This document shows positions 1-6,496 of a stretch of 16,278 bases of DNA, in pieces. The notes beneath the pieces are model-generated. The model was not told the DNA's origin. It did no database searches and was given only the letters and a program-made list of their open reading frames with translations. Each line of letters begins with the position of its first letter. Positions within the stretch are counted from its first letter, which is position 1. Position numbers and translations under genes: made by a program. The stretch is from Gemmatimonadaceae bacterium (GTDB lineage: Bacteria > Gemmatimonadota > Gemmatimonadetes > Gemmatimonadales > Gemmatimonadaceae): positions 1-16,278 of the forward strand of contig JBJMOW010000003.1 in the NCBI GenBank assembly GCA_045803545.1, written 5' to 3'.

Positions 1-706
1 CCCAATTCATTCCGGTATGTCCAAGCAGCATCGGGCCAATCGCGAGTGCGGCGAATATCGCGATTTCGCGTGGAGGCTGAGGACCGACGGCGGCGCCACG
101 CGAAACTGCGATCACCGACAGGGCGACAAATGCAGTGCTATACACGATCGCGACATAGGCCCATATGCCGAGGGTCGCGCGCAGTCTGCGGCCAATCGTA
201 TAGTAGATGGCTGCTGTCACAGCGGCGGAAAGGGCGAGCAGATTGCCGACGAGAGGGCGATTGCCGGATGCCAACCCGCCACCAAGATCGGGCGCAGCGA
301 TAATGCAGGCGCCGAGGATTGCGACGGCAATCCCTGCGATCTGTCGATTGGATGGCACTTCCCTGAGGGCCACGGCGGATATCGCCGCCACGACCGCTGG
401 CTGCAGACTCACCAGAGTCACCGAAGCCGCAATGGTAGTTAGATGGATCGAAGCATTCCATGCCCAAAAGTGGAGTGCCAGCGCGAGTCCTCCCGCCGCC
501 GCGAGCGCGGCCTCGCGCGAATTCATGCGAGCCCAGTCGCGCCACTCGCCTGTTGCAATGAGGAAACCCGCGACGATCACAAGCGAAAATCCCAGGCGCC
601 AAACCGCGATCACGGCGGGATCTGCATTCGACAGGCGCACGAGCGGCCCTGCGAGCGAGATGCCGAGTAGCGAGATCGCTAGGACCGGATAAGGGTTGCG
701 CTGCAT
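1..706 (-). CDS. EamA/DMT family transporter (3' end runs off the window)
   Basis: Absent from the ORF track because it has no stop in the window. Manual translation from ATG 706: MQRNPYPVLAISLLGISLAGPLVRLSNADPAVIAVWRLGFSLVIVAGFL...ALALHFWAWNASIHLTTIAASVTLVSLQPAVVA...LREVP...GNLLALSAAVTAAIYYTIGRRLR...GPMLLGHTGMNW. Many TM helices and the typical EamA repeat motifs. Confidence 0.93.
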   Translation of the reverse strand, partial: MQRNPYPVLAISLLGISLAGPLVRLSNADPAVIAVWRLGFSLVIVAGFLIATGEWRDWARMNSREAALAAAGGLALALHFWAWNASIHLTTIAASVTLVSLQPAVVAAISAVALREVPSNRQIAGIAVAILGACIIAAPDLGGGLASGNRPLVGNLLALSAAVTAAIYYTIGRRLRATLGIWAYVAIVYSTAFVALSVIAVSRGAAVGPQPPREIAIFAALAIGPMLLGHTGMNW

Positions 707-741
707 CGAGAGCAACTTAGTGCGAGAGCAAGGAACAGCGA

Positions 742-788
742 ACTGCGCGTTGCGAGTTGCCAGACTGCACAGATGCCAGTTGCCAGTC
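742..788. repeat. Degenerate ~7-nt tandem repeat (GTTGCCA-like)
   Basis: Units ACTGCGC 742, GTTGCGA 749, GTTGCCA 756, ACTGCAC 764, GATGCCA 772, GTTGCCA 779. Confidence 0.5.
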
Positions 789-810
789 AGCTCACAGTGA
801 GCTGGGATAA

Positions 811-848
811 AAAAAAGAAGCCGGCGCGCGAGCGCCGGCTTCTTTTTT
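811..848. terminator. Bidirectional intrinsic terminator downstream of SLT1
   Basis: Perfect 17-bp inverted repeat AAAAAAGAAGCCGGCGC-GCGA-GCGCCGGCTTCTTTTTT with A/T tracts on both sides, 14 nt after the stop at 863. Confidence 0.92.
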
Positions 849-862
849 CTTCCCACGAACCT

Positions 863-1537
863 TTACTCAGACTTGGGCGTCTTGACCAATCGCATCTCTG
901 CCGCCGCCCGTCCCGCGTGCTTGAGCACCTTGTCGTCGTACTGGTGACAGTTCGGCGTGTTGCGTCCTCTCACGCAGCCGTTGTAGCGCAGTAGCGCAAC
1001 GCGCGTGTTCGGTGACCCATCGAGGGCCGCCTTAAGAATCTGAACGCCGTGACAGATATTGCTCTCGACGTCGAACAGGTCCGACGATCCGCATCCCCAC
1101 TTGCCGCCGTGAAGCGGCATCACCTGCATCAGGCCGCGGGCGCCGACCGAGCTCTTGGCGTGCGGATTCAGGTCCGCATCTTCGGTGAGCAGCACGCCGA
1201 CGAGAAGTGCGGGGTCGATCTTCTCCTTCTCGCCCTGCTCGACGATCGCGTCGGCAATGCGGAAGGCAAGACCACGGTCATGGGTGTACTGATTCAGGAC
1301 CTCACCGATGCGAAATGCCTGCTCGGTGGGCTGTGAGGCGTCGACGATCGCCGCCGGCAATCTGAGAAGCTTGCCGGGGTTGGCGTACAGCGGATGCTGC
1401 TGCGATATCGTCCACACTGCGCCGCCAACGAGCAACCCGCCCAACGCAATCGCGTGGGAAGCTGCGCGCAGCGCCGACTTCATTGGCGAAGCCAGCTTCG
1501 GCGGAGGTGCATCAAGCGGTCTAAGTGACTTCTTCAC
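863..1537 (-). CDS. Membrane-anchored lytic transglycosylase (SLT domain), copy 1
   Basis: IDPALLVGVLLTED (catalytic Glu), AKSSVGARGLMQVMP, NICHG, ALLRYNG; N-terminal TM segment IALGGLLVGGAVWTI. Start set at GTG 1537 behind an AGGAG RBS. The ORF-track start at 1666 overlaps the XRE gene. Confidence 0.92.
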   Translation of the reverse strand: MKKSLRPLDAPPPKLASPMKSALRAASHAIALGGLLVGGAVWTISQQHPLYANPGKLLRLPAAIVDASQPTEQAFRIGEVLNQYTHDRGLAFRIADAIVEQGEKEKIDPALLVGVLLTEDADLNPHAKSSVGARGLMQVMPLHGGKWGCGSSDLFDVESNICHGVQILKAALDGSPNTRVALLRYNGCVRGRNTPNCHQYDDKVLKHAGRAAAEMRLVKTPKSE

Positions 1538-1571
1538 AGGTTCTCCTGGAATTAGTACAGCCCGAGTGCGC

Positions 1572-2168
1572 TTAAACGAGAGGGACAAGCACCCTTCCCT
1601 TCTCGTCGCGGTACGCCCGGCCCAACCGATCCGCAAAACCGTGCAACACTTCCATATCCCGCTCACGAACGCGGTACTGCGCTGCTGTCGTCGGGAGCCT
1701 GTAAGTAGCGATGCTCTCCGTCGCCGGCAGTTTCTTCACCTGCATTCGTCCCTTCACCAGCTCCGCTCCTCTGGGCTTGGCGAAGTCCCACATTCTTCGA
1801 CCGATCTGCGAGTTCGTCAGCGGACAATCGGGATAACGCGCCCGGATGTACCTGATGAAATACTCGTTGTCGATCAGCCTTTCTTGCCCTTCATCCGGCG
1901 GCTCGGCCACCACAAACGCTGGCCTCTGCCCCGGTGGCGTCTGCCATCGCCTCAGATCCTCGGCCTCAAGCGAGACCTGGATCTTGGCGCCTAGCACCGC
2001 CGCTATCTGCTGCAAAAGATCGAGCGAGACATTGTAGTCCTCGTCGTGCTCGATATTGCGAATTGTGGACGGCGACACTGGTCTGGCCATACGTGCCGCA
2101 ACGTCTTCACGACGTAGACCTCTGAGCTTTCTGATTCGCTCGAGTTCCCGTCCTATCCATTCTGCCAT
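1572..2168 (-). CDS. XRE-family HTH transcriptional regulator with an uncharacterised C-terminal domain
   Basis: IGRELERIRKLRGLRREDVAARMARPVSPSTIRNIEHDEDYNVSLDLLQQIAAVLG is an HTH_3/XRE pattern. It is followed by a linker and ~100 aa of unrecognised globular sequence. Confidence 0.88.
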   Translation of the reverse strand: MAEWIGRELERIRKLRGLRREDVAARMARPVSPSTIRNIEHDEDYNVSLDLLQQIAAVLGAKIQVSLEAEDLRRWQTPPGQRPAFVVAEPPDEGQERLIDNEYFIRYIRARYPDCPLTNSQIGRRMWDFAKPRGAELVKGRMQVKKLPATESIATYRLPTTAAQYRVRERDMEVLHGFADRLGRAYRDEKGRVLVPLV

Positions 2169-2209
2169 TGCAAATCTATTGTGGTAATGCGGCTGCTGAG
2201 ATACGTATA

Positions 2210-2238
2210 ACGGTACCAGTATTGACGCATTCGGTCAA
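2210..2238 (-). promoter_or_regulatory. Sigma70-type promoter of the XRE-SLT1 unit with an overlapping palindrome
   Basis: Minus strand TTGACC (2238-2233), 17 nt, TACCGT (2215-2210), with an extended -10 TG. The palindrome TTGAC-N7-GTCAA (2222-2238) covers the -35. Confidence 0.62.
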
Positions 2239-2388
2239 GAAAAAGTTTTGCCGAAGGGTGGGACACCCAACCGCGCAAAAGACATCAATGTGTGTTGGAT
2301 GTGCGCAAGTGGCTGTGGCAGAGCGACTTGCAATACTGCAGTGCTAACCTGCGGCGCTACTCAGATGTTTAGAGAGGTTGCGCGCGAC

Positions 2389-3141
2389 CTACTCGGACGC
2401 CCCAAAACTGAGCATCGATGTCGCCGCCTGCTCCGCGAACTTGAGGACTTTCCCCGAATAGGTGTGGCAGTTCGGAGTGTTCGTGCCGCGCACGCAGCCG
2501 TTGTAGCGCTGGAGCGCCTGGGCAACGTTGGGCGATCGCTTGATCAAATCCGCGAGGATGCTCACCCCATGGCAGATATTGTTGTCGATCGCAAAGAGAT
2601 CCGTGGATGGACAGCCCGCCCATTTCCCAGCGTGGAAAGGCATCACCTGCATCAGCCCGCGGGCGCCCACAAAACTTTTCGCCTTGGGATCCAGCTTCGC
2701 GTCTTCAGTAAGGACGACTCCAACGAGCAACGCTGGATCGATGTTTTTCTTACCACCCTGGACCACTATGGCCGAGGCAATGCGACGAGCGAGAACGGTA
2801 TCACTCGTGTATTTGTGGAGAGAGAAGGCGACCTTCTGAATTTCTTCCTGGGCCTTGGCATCGGTCGGCGCGACATAGGGCTCTGTTCCAGGCGTCGTCG
2901 CGGTTACCAGTGCGGGTGGCAGATGAAGCAGCTCCCCAGGTTTCACGAATTGGGGATGCTGCATCCGGAGAGTCCACACAGTTCCGGCAGCGAGAAGGAC
3001 CACCGCTCCAAGTGCGTGGAGACCCGTCTTCAGCACCCTCTTCCAACGTTGGGCCGGAGGCTTGATAGGTCTCCGAACTGCCACATTGGTGAAGGGATTT
3101 CCGGCCCCTGACTGGCGCTTGTCGTTCTCGAGGTCGGCCAT
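2389..3141 (-). CDS. Membrane-anchored lytic transglycosylase (SLT domain), copy 2
   Basis: IDPALLVGVVLTED, AKSFVGARGLMQVMP, NICHG, ALQRYNG; TM segment LHALGAVVLLAAGTVW. About 76/110 identical to copy 1 over the catalytic domain by manual alignment. The start could be a downstream GTG. Confidence 0.92.
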   Translation of the reverse strand: MADLENDKRQSGAGNPFTNVAVRRPIKPPAQRWKRVLKTGLHALGAVVLLAAGTVWTLRMQHPQFVKPGELLHLPPALVTATTPGTEPYVAPTDAKAQEEIQKVAFSLHKYTSDTVLARRIASAIVVQGGKKNIDPALLVGVVLTEDAKLDPKAKSFVGARGLMQVMPFHAGKWAGCPSTDLFAIDNNICHGVSILADLIKRSPNVAQALQRYNGCVRGTNTPNCHTYSGKVLKFAEQAATSMLSFGASE

Positions 3142-3152
3142 GCCAGCTTCGG

Positions 3153-3170
3153 TTGCACCTCACATGCCAA
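3153..3170 (-). promoter_or_regulatory. Sigma54 (-24/-12) promoter for SLT2
   Basis: Minus strand TTGGCATGTGAGGTGCAA is GG-N10-GC and matches TGGCAC-N5-TTGCW, 12 nt upstream of ATG 3141. Confidence 0.65.
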
Positions 3171-3227
3171 ACCCGGTATGGAGATTGCCCTCCCGCCCGT
3201 GCGCACCCCCCATTACACTGACCGGCG

Positions 3228-3965
3228 ATGAAAGAGTCTGAGGGACTTTACCGTACCTTCCGCTTCCTCAAAAAAGCGTTGCTTGGTATTGCACTCGTAG
3301 TCGTGGCCCTGGTGCTGTTTGGATATTTCTTCTTCATGCGCCATGTCGATGCTCCGAAAGCGTGGGCTGCCGCCGACCGTGAGCTTCAGGGAGGCATGCT
3401 CCACTACGGCGAGAAGCTGGAACGGCAAGCAAAGGTGTTCGTGCGCCGTCCGAGCGATTACTATCGCGGGGCCAACGGCATTCTCTACGCGACGAACGAT
3501 CGAGTGATCTTTATCGGCGTCGCGCCCAGCGAAAAGACCGACAATCCCGACGCGCCTCCAACCATCCTCACGCAGGAATTTCCCAACGACACCCTCCTTC
3601 GGCTGCAGAGCCGTCGGCTGTACTTCCTCACCGCCCATGGCGTCGACGTCACTCGCCCCGGGGTCCCGCGCGGCCAGTTTGCCGCGATAAGCGGTCAGGA
3701 GTCGGCGCTCGATTCCCTCACCAACTACGTCAACGCGATACACGACGCGCAGCGTGCGTCCGCCGCCGAGGAACACCGTCTACGGGAAGCAGTGGCGGCC
3801 CTCATCCGCCAGCCCATCTACTATACCGTCAAACGTGGCGACGCTCTTTCCCTGATCGCCACCAAGTTCGGAGCGACCGCGGATCAGATCCGGCAATGGA
3901 ATCAGATCGAGGGAGATCGCGTCAAGATCGGACAGCGTCTGCTGGTGAAGCCCGCAAAGAAATAG
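3228..3965 (+). CDS. LysM peptidoglycan-binding membrane protein (TM, PH-like domain, helical linker, LysM)
   Basis: C-terminal LysM YYTVKRGDALSLIATKFGATADQIRQWNQIEGDRVKIGQRLLV; N-terminal TM ALLGIALVVVALVLFGYFFF preceded by KK. Confidence 0.92.
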   Translation: MKESEGLYRTFRFLKKALLGIALVVVALVLFGYFFFMRHVDAPKAWAAADRELQGGMLHYGEKLERQAKVFVRRPSDYYRGANGILYATNDRVIFIGVAPSEKTDNPDAPPTILTQEFPNDTLLRLQSRRLYFLTAHGVDVTRPGVPRGQFAAISGQESALDSLTNYVNAIHDAQRASAAEEHRLREAVAALIRQPIYYTVKRGDALSLIATKFGATADQIRQWNQIEGDRVKIGQRLLVKPAKK

Positions 3966-4015
3966 TATGGTACCTCAGACGCGACTGACGCGCGTCTTTC
4001 AACCGGAGCGCACCA

Positions 4016-4201
4016 ATGGATGATCTGAAGCAGACGCTGGACAAGCTGCGGGACGAGCTCACCAACGCGGGGAAGCGACTGGCCGAGCTCGCAGAAAAGG
4101 GAAAGGCGGAGCTTCCGGCTGCAGCCAAGAAAATCGACGAGGAATATCAGCGATTGCAGAAGCTGCTGGATGCCGCGGTGGACAAGCTGCGGCACCGATA
4201 G
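4016..4201 (+). CDS. Small helical/coiled-coil hypothetical protein (61 aa)
   Basis: GGAG RBS upstream, strong GC3 bias and amphipathic heptads (MDDLKQTLDKLRDEL...LQKLLDAAVDKL). Confidence 0.8.
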   Translation: MDDLKQTLDKLRDELTNAGKRLAELAEKGKAELPAAAKKIDEEYQRLQKLLDAAVDKLRHR

Positions 4202-4217
4202 TCCGAAACGGGGCCCG

Positions 4218-4505
4218 CTAGACCAGGTGCGGTCGGGCCTCGTGTCCCGCTCGATAGGCCGACAAGATCTGGATATCCCCCACCGTGGGCACCGCGAGGG
4301 AGTAAACAATTCCCAGCCGCCAGCTCTCATGAGCCAAGTGGTGCCGCTTGTAAACGATGTAAGGTGCATCCTGGATCGAGAGCTTCACGCAATCATCCTG
4401 GATATCGGATAAAGGCTTATCCGGGAGACAGATCTCGGGGGGTGGCTCGTCGCCGAACTCCAATCGCAAGACTTCGGCACGTGACGTTATGAGCCAGCAT
4501 TCCAT
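4218..4505 (-). CDS. Hypothetical protein (~95 aa)
   Basis: Fills the gap between the pilin and the 61-aa gene and converges on the latter. Protein-like composition from ATG 4505 (MECWLITSRAEVLRLEFGDEPPPEICLP...). No family recognised. Confidence 0.5.
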   Translation of the reverse strand: MECWLITSRAEVLRLEFGDEPPPEICLPDKPLSDIQDDCVKLSIQDAPYIVYKRHHLAHESWRLGIVYSLAVPTVGDIQILSAYRAGHEARPHLV

Positions 4506-4592
4506 TGAGCGCGAATTGAGATGTTGTGGATACAAGGAGCGCAATCTGCGCCTGACGAATGGTCGCGTCCAGTCCAAAATTTCGCTTCGCAG

Positions 4593-4964
4593 TTACGGAC
4601 AGGTGACCAACAGCGACGAGGCCGCGGCCGCATCAACGGAACACGTTTTGGAAGTCTTTGAATGCGAAGCGGTTGCTTGCCAGCTGGGTGGCGTTCCGGC
4701 GCTTGCCACCGCGTTGATGGTTACATCGACGGTGGGTTTGAAACCCTGCGCGACGCCATCGCCCGAAAAGTACGCGCCTGAATTGTCCTCGGCGTAGAAC
4801 TGCTCATAGAGGACAAAGTTCCGGAGATCGGACTTCATCGACGCGACGTAGGCGGCTTCCTTGGCGCTGACGAAGCGGGCAATTGCAATCCCCGCCAGTA
4901 CGCCAATAACGACAACGACAACAATCAGCTCGACCAGCGTGAAGCCTTTTCTGCTGCCGCGCAT
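4593..4964 (-). CDS. Type IV pilin-like protein (prepilin N-terminal cleavage/methylation motif)
   Basis: MRGSRKG|FTLVELIVVVVVIGVLAGIAIARF with Glu5, then SMKSDLRN and a C-terminal Cys pair (KTC...VTCP). Start is ATG 4964 or GTG 4970. Confidence 0.92.
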   Translation of the reverse strand: MRGSRKGFTLVELIVVVVVIGVLAGIAIARFVSAKEAAYVASMKSDLRNFVLYEQFYAEDNSGAYFSGDGVAQGFKPTVDVTINAVASAGTPPSWQATASHSKTSKTCSVDAAAASSLLVTCP

Positions 4965-5043
4965 GCGCACCGGGAAGCGGGGAACGAGCTTGTGTTGCTC
5001 CGCTCAGAAAGTCTTGGTTTTGCCCGCGGGGCGCAAGACAATC

Positions 5044-5655
5044 TTATTTGGTCGCGGTTCCGGTCCCTTTCCCCTGGAACAACGGGAGATACTGGCCGTA
5101 ACCTTCGGCCGCGAGACGCGAGACTGGAATGAATCGCATAGCTGCCGAATTCATGCAGTAGCGAAGTCCGGTCGGGCGCGGACCGTCGTCGAAAACGTGT
5201 CCGAGGTGTGAATCGGCGGTCGCCGATCTGAGTTCAGTACGAGCGAAGCCCAGTAGCCTGTCCGTTTTCGTCTTGATGTTCTCCGGTGCCAAAGGCCTGG
5301 TGAAGCTCGGCCAACCTGTGCCGGACTCGTACTTGTCGAGGGAGCTGAAAAGTGGCTCGCCCGACACCACGTCGACGTAAATGCCAGCCTCGTGGTTGTC
5401 CCAGTAAGGGTTGTTGAAGGGAGTCTCGGTGGCTGCACGCTGCGTTACGGCGTACTGGAGCGGCGTCAGTTTCTTTCTCAGCTCGGCGTCGGGAGGCTTC
5501 ACGAAAACACGGCGAACCGCAGCAGTGGCTGCTGGAGCTGGATGCGTGGACTGGGCCGACAGCGCGGCGCTGACACAGCAAAGCAAGAAGCCAGCAGCAG
5601 CGAGAGAGGTCAAAGCCGGGAGATCGAACACGCGCAATACTCTATAGTTGTGCAC
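5044..5655 (-). CDS. msrB: Peptide-methionine (R)-S-oxide reductase MsrB with a predicted signal peptide
   Basis: [63 protein letters not shown]. Start is uncertain: GTG 5655 behind GGAG, or GTG 5685. Confidence 0.95.
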   Translation of the reverse strand: MHNYRVLRVFDLPALTSLAAAGFLLCCVSAALSAQSTHPAPAATAAVRRVFVKPPDAELRKKLTPLQYAVTQRAATETPFNNPYWDNHEAGIYVDVVSGEPLFSSLDKYESGTGWPSFTRPLAPENIKTKTDRLLGFARTELRSATADSHLGHVFDDGPRPTGLRYCMNSAAMRFIPVSRLAAEGYGQYLPLFQGKGTGTATK

Positions 5656-5771
5656 CGGAGCTCCAAAAAAGTGGGTGTGACTCACCTCTATAGTACGCCG
5701 AGATGCCGCGATTGGTCCACGCCCAGTCGATGCGCTCTCGACTTCCGGACGACCTGTCTACAGTCCTGTGA

Positions 5772-6338
5772 CTACGTGCTTCGTCCGCGAAGGAGCTCGA
5801 TCCATCGGGCGAATTCGTCAATGAACTTTTTCAGGAACTCCCGCGTCGAGTCGTTAGTGAGATTCCCCGCGTTGTCGAAAAGGCCGGCGGCTCCGCCAAC
5901 GTAGGCCTCGGGCTGCTGCAGGGTGAGCACGTTGAGGAACACGAGCATCTGTCGGAGATGGTGGTTCGCGCCGAACCCGCCGATGGCGCCGGGAGACACG
6001 CTCACAACAGCACCAGGCTTTCCGTTCCAGGCGCTCTTTTCGCGAGGCCGCGATCCGACATCGATTGCGTTCTTGAGTGCGCCCGGCACAGAGCGGTTGT
6101 ATTCGGGAGTAGCGAACAGTACGGCGTCGAGCGCCGTCACTCTCTCGCGGAACGCTATCCACTCGGCGGGCGGATTCGACTCGAGATCCTGGTTGTAGTG
6201 CGGGAGCTGCGAGATTTCGAGCGTTTCGAGTCGCAGCGAAGGCGGCGCGAGACCGATGATGGCATTTGCAACTTTGCGTGTAAAGGAATCCTTGCGCAAA
6301 CTGCCGACAAAAACGCCGACGCTGAGTTGTGTTGTCAT
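5772..6338 (-). CDS. NAD(P)H-dependent FMN reductase (ChrR/YieF-like flavodoxin fold)
   Basis: VGSLRKDSF, ATPEYNRSVPGALKNAIDVGSRP, WNGKPGAVVSVSPGAIGGFGANHHLRQ, QPEAYVG. Start is ATG 6338. Confidence 0.95.
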   Translation of the reverse strand: MTTQLSVGVFVGSLRKDSFTRKVANAIIGLAPPSLRLETLEISQLPHYNQDLESNPPAEWIAFRERVTALDAVLFATPEYNRSVPGALKNAIDVGSRPREKSAWNGKPGAVVSVSPGAIGGFGANHHLRQMLVFLNVLTLQQPEAYVGGAAGLFDNAGNLTNDSTREFLKKFIDEFARWIELLRGRST

Positions 6339-6496
6339 AGATTGATGTGTGAGATGAACGTCACGACGCCAGCAGCAAAGCAGGGTCCAGGCCAGTGACG
6401 CCACAGCCGAGCTCGTCGTCCAATGGACGTGCGAGCTTCATATGTACCAACGCTTTCCGAGCTCGCGATCGCGATTACTCCTGGCCCGGAGGCCAT

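Noticed and set aside
17..692. Plus-strand ORFs 17-442 and 207-692, and minus-strand ORF 138-602
   Set aside because: Shadow frames of the EamA gene, which the ORF track missed.
1572..2168. XRE gene as a toxin-antitoxin antitoxin or prophage repressor, with the SLTs as phage lysins
   Set aside because: No adjacent toxin, holin or structural genes; the SLTs are TM-anchored and the context is chromosomal.
2245..2290. CCGAAGGGTGGGACAC...GCAAAA, loosely like a c-di-GMP-I riboswitch
   Set aside because: Wrong strand for the downstream gene; GGCAAA P1/P2 context and P3 stem not found.
2316..2332. TGGCAGAGCGACTTGCA as a sigma54 promoter
   Set aside because: GG-to-GC spacing is 11 rather than 10, and no plus-strand gene follows.
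2248..3111. 287-aa plus-strand ORF, and the similar ORF at 1049-1336
   Set aside because: Antisense shadows of the SLT genes. They resemble each other only because the SLTs are paralogues.
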